A DNA stretch of 62,442 nucleotides, the filler included, from Rhabdomonas costata (lineage: Eukaryota), in assembly GCA_019059605.1 (NCBI GenBank). It is 22 parts of 22 records of this genome, joined end to end, with 100 filler letters (N's around TTAATTAATTAA, not from the genome) between each part and the next. Parts side by side here need not be neighbours in the genome. Positions count along the whole stretch, not along the records: positions 11,412 to 14,155 come from JAHMHO010002173.1; positions 14,256 to 16,996 come from JAHMHO010002174.1; positions 17,097 to 19,839 come from JAHMHO010002175.1; positions 19,940 to 22,682 come from JAHMHO010002176.1; 18 more parts are not named here. One strand, given 5' to 3'. Under the pieces are notes generated by a model, which was not told the DNA's origin, made no database searches, and saw only the letters and a list, made by a program, of their open reading frames with translations. Positions within the stretch are counted from its first letter, which is position 1; each line of letters opens with the position of its first letter. Below, piece by piece: positions 11,412 through 21,845 of the stretch. Both the position numbers and the translations under genes were made by a program.

Positions 11412-14155
11412 TTGTTGGGTGGAAGCGGCCATCTCGAAAAACCCCGCCGCAGGAAAATAGCTGTTCCTCCAGTGCCCGAAAGCAGGATTGGAAGCGCTGA
11501 CTACGGCCTCACTCAGCCAACACTGGCCGTCTGAGTAGCAAGACCACAGCTGATTCCGGGCCCAGGGGTACAAAGGCAACCTAGCAAGGCAGCCCCGAGG
11601 CACAGCAGCGCTCCAGGTGATTGAGGCCCCGGCCAAGTATACATCACGAAGATTCAGGTATAGAGGTCTTCTCTTGGTCCGACCGTTAGCGTGGTGACAG
11701 AATCCCACGCGAAGAACAAACAGGTTTGCGCACGAACGCGCGAGGTAGGCATGCAAGGGCTGGGGCTGTTTTTCCTCATCGGAAAAGCCTGAAAGCGCGT
11801 CTTCATTGGTGGTGAGCTTACCTGTTCCTGCGTTGACCAGCGCAACACCGTTTGAACTTAATTTTGTCTTCAGTTTGTAAGGCCAGTGGGCAGCTGCAAT
11901 GGAAAGGGCGTCTTTCAAACCAAGCACACCTCCGGCAAAAGCAGCTGCGAGTTCGCCCACTCCATAGCCACACACAACAAGAGGTTTCACACCCCATGAG
12001 GCCCAAACACGAAGAAGGCAAATGTGAGCTGTCAGTGAGGCAAGCCTGCGACGAGAGGCAGAATGAACACGGCTGGCGTCCTCAAAAATATCATCGAACG
12101 AAACAGGTTGAATCCCAACCAAACGCAGACATTCGTTAATTTCTCCAAGAGAGCTACGAATAACATCACTTGCGTGCATGTCAACTCTCGAAAGGAAAGG
12201 GTCTGAGCCGAACACCACCGCCACTCCTGCAAAGGAAGGTGCAGCAGTACGGGTTTCCGACAGCTGAGCTTCGAGTTGAGTAATCACGTCTGTAGGGTTT
12301 GAGCCCACAACGCATACACGAAAGGGCCAGTGTACTCGTCGGCAAGCAGCCGTATAGCTGATGTCGCGGAGTGCAGCGCATCGTGGTCCACTCAAAAGAG
12401 CAATGTAAGACCTCATCAAAACCCGAAGGGAACCAACAGATTTGGCAGAAATTGGGATGATGACCTGGCCCAAGGAATTCACGGTGTCACCCAGTCCAGC
12501 AACACCCTCGGCAATACAGTGGGCATTAGTTCCACCAAGTCCAAACGAACTGGTCCCTCCCGTTCTTCTTCCAATCCACGATTCTGCTTCTGAGACAACC
12601 CTCAGGCGCTGCTGAGTGAACGCAATATCGGGATTTGGATTTACAAAGTGAAGGGAAGCTGGAATTGTGCCACGGTGCACTGCCAATACCAATTTCAGCA
12701 GCCCAGTGATTCCAGCGGCAGCCTCCGTGTGACCAATGTTCGTCTTCACAGAGGCAATCAGAAGAGGACGCACTCGACCAGTGCACAAGGCTTCCGACGT
12801 GGCATGGGCCTCAATGACGTCGCCCACCTTCGTCCCGGTCCCGTGCATTTCAACAAAGACAACGTCTGCAGGCTCAACAGCAGCCTCTCGGCAGGCGGAG
12901 CGAATAACCTGGGCAACAGACTGAGGGTTAGGCGTGGTGAACCCAGAGCCACCTCCATTATGAACAACCGCAGAGCCAGTTAGCACACTAAGCGCCGAAT
13001 CTTCGGGATTAATGTTGGTGAGCTGTCTTAAAACAGCAAAAGCGCATCCTTCGGCTCTCACCATTCCATCCGCGTCAGCGTCGAATGCTCGGCAGACGCC
13101 CGATGGAGATAGCACTCCCAGCTTTTGCAAGGCAGTGTGCACAGCAGGGCCAAGGATGACGTTAACTCCACCAACAAGCGCGATAGCACAGTCCCGCGCT
13201 CGAAGTCCTTGTCTGCCAAGGTGAAGGGCGACAGCCGACGAAGAGCTCGCGGTATCAACCACCAGACTGGGACCAGACGAATTCAGCACAAAGGAGACCC
13301 GGTTAGCAACGCTGCAGGTCAACTCTCCTGTGAACGTGTAGACGGTTGGCGAAGCCCAATCCGGTTTCCATTCAGTCTGACCAGCGCCGACAAACACACC
13401 TATTGATTCCAGATCCCCGTTGAGAAGGCCAGCATCTTCCACCGCTTCCCACGCTACTTCCAAAGTTAACCGCTGCTGAGGGTCCATCGACGAAGCTTCC
13501 GACGGACTAATGCTGAAGAATTCAGGGTCAAAGTCCAAAGGGCTGTCTTCGAGATAGCCTGTTTTGTGTTCCAGGCCCAAACCTAATCGATTGCTGGGAG
13601 GGGCGCCGACCGCGTGCTTGCCATTCTTCAGAAGCATCCAGAAGTCATCTTTGCAGTTCACATTACCAGGAAGTCTGCAAGCAAGACCAACAACGGCTAT
13701 TTTTTCGCTGCGGACATCCGGATCTGGACTAGAACGAAAGAACCCAGCCTGAATCTGAGTTGGAGTCCCAGTCAAAAACTTGCACAAACCACGGACCGTA
13801 GGGTATTGGAAAAACAGCGCAGGTGAAACGGACGATCCAATTCGATCACTCAGACCACGTGCCAAGGGGCCCAGCATCACCGACGTGACACCCAACAAAG
13901 GAAAAGGAGTGTCAATGTCGTCCAACGATATCTCAATGGTATCGATGAGAAAGCGCTGCAGGTCATCCTCAGCGGTCGTGAACAGTGGTGAACTATGCAC
14001 TGGCGTGTCACTCACCAGCTTCACAGGAGCTCTTGTCGTGAGGCAAGCTCCGGAACGAGCCACCCCGGCTAGGCGACGCAGTGTATTCAAATCCACCTTG
14101 CCCGCCGGGCTCAAAGGGACCACGTCCAAAACAAAATAGACGGTAGGAACCAGCC
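11412..14155 (-). CDS. Hybrid NRPS/type I PKS megasynthase fragment: adenylation-domain C-terminus, carrier protein, KS (Cys to Ser), AT (inactive motif), start of DH; open at both contig ends
   Basis: The frame is uninterrupted across the whole contig. Motifs in order: A10-like VPTVYFVLDVVPLSPAGKVD; carrier LGVTS (Ser at 13883-13881); KS IAVVGLACRLPG, MDPQQRL, DTASSSS, EMHGTGT, KTNIGHTEAAAG, SSFGLGGTNAH; linker LRDISYTAACRR; AT WGVKPLVVCGYGVGE; post-AT LPLYPWAR; DH-like GHWRNSYFPAAGFFEMA. Confidence 0.95.
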
Positions 14156-14899
14156 NNNNNNNNNNNNNNNNNNNNNNNNNNNNNNNNNNNNNNNNNNNNT
14201 TAATTAATTAANNNNNNNNNNNNNNNNNNNNNNNNNNNNNNNNNNNNNNNNNNNNTTTTGTGTGGGGCACTGCCATTGCCACAAGTTAAGAACTGCAGTT
14301 GTTGTAATCGGAAACGTGACGTGGCACGGGGCAAACTCATATTCGTGCACGTGTTGGAGGAAAGGAAGTGAAGCATCCCAGGAAAGGCTAAGGTGCCTTT
14401 TTGGCGCTCTTTTGTTATCCAAGCTTCCCAGGGCTTCTACCTGTTCATCTCTCTTTTTTTTTTCTTTTTTGTTTTGTGTTTGTTGTCGCTCATTATTTTG
14501 CTGCTTTTATCAGTCGTTTCGCTCAACAATGGTCACAATCCCCGTTGGCGTCGAGGGAAATGAAAAAGGAAAAAGGGAAAGCTTAAGCTTCGCATGGACC
14601 GGGCAACGCCTTTTAGTCTTGGAGGATTGATCAGAGGTGACAATGTCTGCAATATTAATTGGAAAGTACTGACCGATGTGTTGTTGCACTACACCCTATC
14701 CCCCGGCGTTGGTTTCTGGCGACCGGCAGAGCAAGATGGTTCTTCTGTCTTTCAGACGTTCTGAAGTTCTTCACAACCTTTCATGAGTGCACCGCCAACA
14801 GAGGCGAACTTTGGTTCTGTTTGCGGTTTGTGGTGCAAATGCGTCAAGCCCCAATTGCAGCGCCAATACTCCTGATTGAGCCCCTTTCTTATGTTTCCG

Positions 14900-15454
14900 T
14901 GTTGATCACAGAGCCGTGGTGTGCATGGGATGAACATCTTGTAGGTATGGAGAACCTCATCAGAACCGTACTTCATGATCCAGCGCTCAGTCTCCACCAG
15001 CAGTTTCAACTCAAGAGGTGTGGCGCAGGAACAAGGTGTGATGGAGCTCCTGGTAGAACGACTACCACGCGCTCTCGTTGTCACTCGGGAACAGCACGAT
15101 GACATGTTCGCCCAAGGCGATGTCCATGGCGTCGGCAGCTTCCGCTGCTCCTTGCGCACCTGGCACTTCAGTGCCCAAGGCAGAAAGCTCGGTGCTCGGT
15201 GTTCATCTTGTATTGGGAGAACTGCGGGTCTTTTTCCAGCAACCTTCGCGACGGAGATCCGCTTGCGACAAAGTAGCAATTTGCTGAAGCAGCTCCTGCT
15301 GAGTCTTGATATTGCGCTCGGCGAACTGCGCGTGAGCCTGAAGCATCTCACTCTTTATGTGATGCACCGCTTGAAACGGGACAGCCGTTGCGTGTCGGAT
15401 GACCTCCGCCAGCAATTCTGGCGTCAGTGCAGTCTTAGCTTGGGGACCACTCAT
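14900..15454 (-). pseudogene. Degenerate coding-like region with frameshifts and stops, possibly a transposon ORF remnant
   Basis: Protein-like text switches frame and contains stops (MSGPQAKTALTPELLAEVIRHA...QQELLQQIATLSQ / EKDPQFSQYKMNTEHRAF / AMDIALGEHVIVLFPSDNESAW*). No splice signals explain the shifts and I recognise no family. Confidence 0.3.
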
Positions 15455-16144
15455 CTCTCCACAAATAATCTAACCAACGGGGCGGCTAATTATGGCAAAG
15501 TTCACTACCTGTTTCTTAAAAGAAAAATACGGGAATCTAATCAAAGAGAGACAGTGGTGAGACTTCCGGGCAAACGTGTCGCGGGGGGCTTGTCTCGAAA
15601 CCTGTCCCTGTAAAAAGAATGCTGTGTGTGTGTGGGGGGGACAATGGCAATTCCGCCGTCCTTATTCCTACCTGTGGTGCCTGGGGGATTATTCCGCCAG
15701 AGATGGTCACACCTCCCGCAGCTTGGCGAACGACGCCGCTCCGGCAACCTCCGTTCCATCTGCGCCTTGCTTTGGGGAAAACCGGTGCTTCCGCCGTTTA
15801 CGCGGCTTGGGGAACGACGCCTTGCGTTCGAAAGGAGTGGGAAGCACACGCACACCCGCAGAGCACAACGGTTTGATCACCAGGTGTGTCAATATGTGGC
15901 CCAAACATTTAGGGAAGGGGATGAAAGAAAGAATACCTAAACCTTCAAGTTATATAGAGGGAGATTTGGAGGAAAATTCCTCTTGGATCCATTTCCCGCT
16001 TGGAATGGGGAAAAGACGAAAAAACAAAACCAGGAAACCTATCAGTCTGTGTGACGACCCAGCCCACGGCCTGGCCACTTTCCTGGTGTGTTCACAGGAC
16101 CGCGGACCCGGCTTGGGGCTCACGGCTTCCCGAACGCCTGTGTC

Positions 16145-16490
16145 GCGCGTTGGGCGCTGCCGGGGCTTACCTTGGTATACACCAAGTACCTTTTTGAATA
16201 CACTTAGCCGCCTTTCGCGGCGGGGCGGGGTCCTTCGCACTCCCGCTTTCCTCGGTGACCTGACGGTTGTGGTGCTTTCTCCTCCTGCTGGGGTGGCGGG
16301 GCTGCGAGGGCGCGCAAGCTTCAACTCCAAAACCCAAACCTCTTGGCAAACTGCCTGCGTGTGGGCTGCCCTTCCGCGTGGAGGGTGTGCTTTCTTCTGC
16401 CTGAGTCCTTTGGTGTGCATTGGCTTCGCCCCTTCTAACAATCACGCGCACTTCAGGGGTGTGAGATGTAACCAAAGCACCGAGGAAGGC
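16145..16490 (+). repeat. Dispersed repeat family, copy 2 (homologous to ~5765-6090)
   Basis: Same colinear blocks as copy 1: TTGGGCGC...GGTATACA; GACCTGAC.GTT...TGCTTTCTCCT; GGCTGCGAGGG...AAGCTTCAA; GTGCTTT.TT. Confidence 0.75.
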
Positions 16491-16589
16491 CAACGGAAGG
16501 AATTCACTACCACAATGGCGAAAGTCCCAACGTAGCGTCACCATCCTTGTCTGAAGCGCATGAGACCGTAACCCCAAAGGCAGGACACG

Positions 16590-16996
16590 CGAACCCCAAA
16601 CCCGAAACCGAAACCGAACCCAGAGACCGAATGCCGAACCTTGCCTACTAAATACGGCGACCGCGTCGGTGGAATAGGCGTTCCACCCCCTAAACCATCG
16701 GCATTGCCGTCATACGACACTCTTGCGAGATCCCGAAGGACGTCACGAACCCCGAATGCGAAACCAACCTCCCCGACACCAAAAACCCAAAGACCCAAAG
16801 GCAAGAACTCCGAACCCAATGCATCCTCGACTCGCAGACACTAATGAAGACCGAATATCCAACACCAACTCAGGAACCCAAGACCCGAAATCCAAAACCC
16901 AACCCCAAATTCCAAACCCCAAACACAAAAACCCAAGAGAGAAATCCAAAACCCCAAACTCAGAAACCCGAACCCCAACACCCAAACACACCCACA
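16590..16996 (+). repeat. Low-complexity A/C-rich degenerate simple repeat (AACCCnA-like)
   Basis: Repeated AAACCCGA, AAACCCCA and AAACCCAA words. Confidence 0.7.
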
Positions 16997-17096
16997 NNNN
17001 NNNNNNNNNNNNNNNNNNNNNNNNNNNNNNNNNNNNNNNNTTAATTAATTAANNNNNNNNNNNNNNNNNNNNNNNNNNNNNNNNNNNNNNNNNNNN

Positions 17097-18000
17097 TTTG
17101 TTTTTGTGTTTTTTATTTTTTTGACAACTTTTTATTTTTTGCGTTTTTTTTCGAGTGGGTATTTGTGCTTCGGTTCCGGTTTCGTGTTTCTGTGTTCCTC
17201 GGCCTTCTTGGCGTGGTTTTTATGTGTAGCGGTTTTTCGGGCTTCGGCGTTGAATTGTTTGTTTGGGTATTTGGGGTTTGGGTTCGGCATTGTGGTTCAG
17301 GTTCTTCCTTCGGTTCTAGAGACCTTTGGGTATTGGTTTGGTATTGGTGTACAGATGTGCCGGGGTTTGTACTTAGGGATTCTAGGCGTGGTGTTTATGG
17401 TGTGGGTATAGGGCTTGCTGGTGTACGTTAGTATGGGTATCGGTCTTATGGGTGTCGGGATTGGGTTTGGGTGTGCGGGTGTTGGCTTCCGTGTGCGCGT
17501 GCATGTTCTTTATGGTGTTAGGGCTAGGGTATAGGTGTTTAGGGTTATTGTATGTGAGTAGGGTGAGGGTGTAGGAGTAGGGTTGGAGCATCGTAATGGA
17601 GTCAAGGTGTTAGATATTGCCCGGTTTGGATGGATCTTGTGGTTGAAGTGTAGGAGTAGTGGTTGGTCATTGGGATTCGGAGTCTGGGTTCGGTCTTGGA
17701 GTTGGAGTGTTGGAGGTTGGGGCCTTGGTTTCCGTTGGTGTTGGATTGGCATAGGGATTGGGATAGTTTGGTTGTATCGGAGAGTATGGCCATTCGGGTG
17801 GAAGGTGAGTTAGTGGTTGGAGGGTGACGTTGGAGCGTGGATCTTGGCTGGGAGTGTCTGGGGTGTGGTGGTATTTGGTTGTGGTTGGGTGTCGGGGCGT
17901 TGGGAACTTGGGACTTGGGTGGTGGGTGCGATGGGTGGGTGGAGTGGAGTCGTGAGGGTAGAGGTGTCGTGGGGATGCGGGTTTGGAGGGCTGTGGTGCT
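17097..18000 (+). repeat. Low-complexity G/T-rich tract with degenerate TTAGGG-like words
   Basis: Strong G+T skew with words such as GTTAGGGCTAGGGTATAGG and TTTAGGGTT. No coding signal. Confidence 0.7.
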
Positions 18001-19339
18001 GACCCGACAGATGTCATTCCGGAAGACCGTGGCAACTGATTCATTGAATTCCTCCACGTCGTCTGGTCATGCGCCAAACGATCCATCCCTACATCCCGTC
18101 CTCTTAAGGCCAAACAAAGTTAAATGGTGATACGGTCTTGCTGTCAGAAGTGATGTGCGGTGTGGTGTCGGTGTCCGGTGTCAGGTGTCAGGTTTATGGT
18201 GAGGTGTCGGGATGTCGGATGGAGAGTTTGATTTCGTGTGTCGGCAATTCTCGCGCCTGTTTGTTTCTGAATTGCAGTTCCGGTTCCGGTTTCTGTTTAA
18301 GTCCTTCTGGATGTCCTGTTGTGCCGGGGTATGGGCAAATGAGCGTGGTTGTAGCCTCTGGTGTTCGTTTGTCTGGAAACATTGGTGCCCCACTTCGTAA
18401 ACATTTCTAGGTCAGGCGTTTCGAACGACCGGACTTTAGTGTCGAGCGCGCAAAGGCAAGAGTGGGCAACGACATTTCTTTGGGTTGCGTTCACGGGTAC
18501 AATGTCTTTGTCCGGCTTTCTGTTACCTTTTGGGTTGCGGTAGGGTGTCTTCGAACTGGCAACATTAAAAGTGAACGCACGGGGTAGCCCACCACAGCAA
18601 CGCACAGGGAGAACACACACAGAAGCCGGAAAGGAGAAGCCCAGAAAAACAGGCGGGGTGCAACAGCTTTTACAAGGGGGACGCCCCCTGTTCTTTAACC
18701 GCGCCTCGTTTCATACTTCTTTATAAACGCCAGCCCTTTCATGCGGAGCCCGCGCACGTCCGACGCGAAGGCGCGGTCCAAGAAGAAAGACGAAGGCACC
18801 AAGAGAGCCACACAGAAGCACCAGCCGGGAGGTGGAGACCACATCGGACGGAGGCGACCCCACCCAAGGCAACGCAAAAATAAGCGTGCAAACGGAGGTT
18901 GCGGGACGGCAGGCAGATACGAAGTCAGCCGAACATCTTCACTTATTCACCTTCTCATACATCGTAGCTAGGCTTTCCCTTTGGCCCTTTGGTAGTTTTG
19001 GTTCTTTTTTGCGTTTTCGTTGTGTTTTTTTCCCCTTTTCGAAACGTGAACCCTGAATTAAAAACCTGATGACAGCTGGAACATTTCTTTCAACTCGCAC
19101 ACTTGTCCAAACGGCACAACGCGCAAATTCTCTCATTAGTTGATGAGCAGCGTCGGGTGGTGACATCCGGAAAAGCAGTCTCGTGCATGAAATGAGACAA
19201 GGCAAGGAGGATGCATGCTTCCGTTGTGTCAAAAGAATGGTAGCACAAGCACGCAACTCCTTAGTGTCCAACTCAGGGATCCGCGATGGAGCGAAGCAAG
19301 CGCAGGTTCCTCGGCCAAAAAACAGAATGACACAGAGCC

Positions 19340-19466
19340 TCACTGCTTCTTCTTCTTCTTCTTCTTCTCCATCTTCTTGAGATAGAACTCCAGCTCTGCG
19401 CCCTCGAGGATGTAGCCGTCCGCTTTGCCGACTTGTCCTGGCCGGGAGGCAACGCAGGCGTACAGC
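19340..19466 (-). CDS. RPS8: 40S ribosomal protein S8 (eS8), last exon
   Basis: An AG acceptor is followed by [42 protein letters not shown], the diagnostic eS8 C-terminus. Confidence 0.96.
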
Positions 19467-20358
19467 CTGCACGACACAAGCGAACGTGGACTGAAAACAG
19501 CGCCTGCATCATCGCCCAACCATGTCATCAAACTGCCTGTCAAAAATTATCGACTGCTCGCCTCCGAAGGTATCATTTGGAAGGGTACCTCGAGCACACG
19601 AGCAAAACGCACCTCCGTCACAACCGTTTCAACCCTTACCACTCCAACTCGAAGTGCATCACAGCACACCACATTGGACTCGGCATTGTGTCGCACAGCG
19701 CCGATCACCTGTTCGGACCTTGCAGTTCGGTTTCCCGGCACGTTTTCTTATCTCTTTCGCCTCTACGTGCAGTTTCAGAACGGCACTTTAAAATCCATAA
19801 AAGCGTTTTTTTAATGCAGTCAAACTGCATCATGCTCTGNNNNNNNNNNNNNNNNNNNNNNNNNNNNNNNNNNNNNNNNNNNNTTAATTAATTAANNNNN
19901 NNNNNNNNNNNNNNNNNNNNNNNNNNNNNNNNNNNNNNNGCACTGACGAAGTAGAGAGGACGGTTGCATTCGTGTACCTCCTTTGTTTCGTTTTCAGCGT
20001 TTTTCTGGGGTACGACGTGAGCTCCAGCAAAGCCTCGTGCTGGCAATATCAGGGCGTCGGAACTGCAATGCCACTCTCCCCCCAGTGCTGCTGCCGCAAA
20101 GTGTGCTTATGAGATGATATGATTTATACCAAAACGCTGAAATCCTAGGCCAACCAAACCACGTCCACTGAAAATCTAAAAGCCAAAATGAAAATCTCGA
20201 CCGCCCAGTTCCGCGAAATAATCATCAGTTAGACCATCGGGTATACACAAGTGTGCTCCAGCATACAAAAGATGCATACAAAACAGACGTAAACCAGACA
20301 CGCTTCTGCAAACGCACAACTCTCGTTGGAAAGCAGCGAGAATGCAATCTCCACACAC

Positions 20359-21845
20359 CAGCGAATCAGGTCGTACAGCGCCCCCATCATGGCACAGGAG
20401 CTGGAGGGCGAGTTCATCCGAAACACAATGTACACCGTCGCCAGCAAGGGGTAGGTGTATAGCCCAGGGAGGTCCACCGTGGAAAGCTGCGTAAACACAA
20501 GGTAAGACATTATCGACGACAGGGATTGCAGCTAGAAATCGCAACCATGAGAGACCGGAGCTCCCTCTCCCAGTAGGGTGGACTACTTTCGGGGCTGCTG
20601 TACTTCTCGGGCAGGTAATATCCAATCCGAAGGGCTTCACACCTCACGGGTGACATTCTCTGCATGATCCGCCGAAGCAAACCGTCTCACACGAGCGCTG
20701 CAAGTTCAGGACCGCACAAGATCCGAGCATCTTAGAACTCGCCTAGCTTGACAAGCAGTGCCTCAAAGCCCATCGACTCTCTCACTGGGGCGTGCGAGGC
20801 GATCAATGACTTGTGCGACGTTGGGAATTCGATTTGGAATCGGATCCCTTTGGACAAATCGTTACCACTCCACTCCAGTCCGCTCCACGTTCAAAAAGCG
20901 ATTCCAAAGCGGTGTGCGAAAAATAGACAGAGCTATGCCGAAGGCCAATTATAAGAAGCGAAGCAAAAGCAACCGAAAAGTCCGCTGGTAGGGTTGTGGT
21001 GACGTTCTCTATCGCCTCCTGGGCAGGGCCGGGGATTGGATTGGTGGGCTTGCCGTAGCTATTCACAATCATGGCAACAGGGACCTCGGCGTCCAGGGCG
21101 GCAAAGAGCGGCATAAACCCCACAGAGCCTACGGTCACCGAGACCTGTGCCAAGGGAATCAAAACACTTCTATCCAGGCACACACACAATAAGCAAGAAA
21201 GCAAGAAAAGAGCGAGTGAGCCGCTGAGCCAGAGGTGCTGCGAGGCCGGGGACTCACTTTCATAATGGAAGGGCTGATCATCAGAATAGCAGGCTCGATT
21301 TCATATCACGGTGTACAACGCTGGTCTCGATTAAGTGTTAGGCTGAAGGCAAATCCGGCCCACCCCAAACAGGAGCATGGGTGCCAGCAGGTGTGCGGTT
21401 GGGGACATAAGTTGCCTGGGGGCGCTTCCCGTGTGGCTCCCCCCACCTCTCTCAGTTTCAAGCTTGTTCTTTGGTGTTCCTCTTTTACTCAGGACAGTGG
21501 TGGTCTGCCTAGTTGCAGGCAAGGCACCCGTACTGACATCACAAATAAAATGAGCTCAGCATAAGTTGCGCCGTACTGACACTCTGTTAGTGCCACTCCC
21601 CAAACGAGAATTGCAAAAAGGAGGGGGGATTCGGAAATAGATGCCTTGACGCCTACAGCGGTTGTGGTGCTGTCCACCAGTGCGACACGTGCCGCAGTGG
21701 CAGGTCGAGCAAGGAAGGGTTCCGGATCGGAGAAGGATCCCATGGAGGACCGCCAGGTCCCGCTCAGCTGGGAAAGGGTCGCCGTCAGCAGCCCAGTATC
21801 CTCAGAAAGGCCCTTCGTCGAAGATAAATCTCCAATGGATGGAGT
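20359..21845 (-). CDS. PstS-like (type II periplasmic-binding fold) domain protein, internal exons
   Basis: Exons 21845-21645 (SEDTGLLTATLSQLSGTWRSSMG...AVGVK), 21144-20974 (VSVTVGSVGF...PADFS) and 20486-20359 (LSTVDLPGLYTYPLLATVYIVF...ALYDLIRW). These follow the PstS pattern T..FT..LS....W / GSIGY / YPI....Y / L..FL.W in the right order. The first intron is GC-AG. Confidence 0.65.

Noticed and set aside
19467-19839. Possible snoRNA in the RPS8 intron
   Set aside because: UGAUGA-like words are present, but I found no matching box D or terminal stem.
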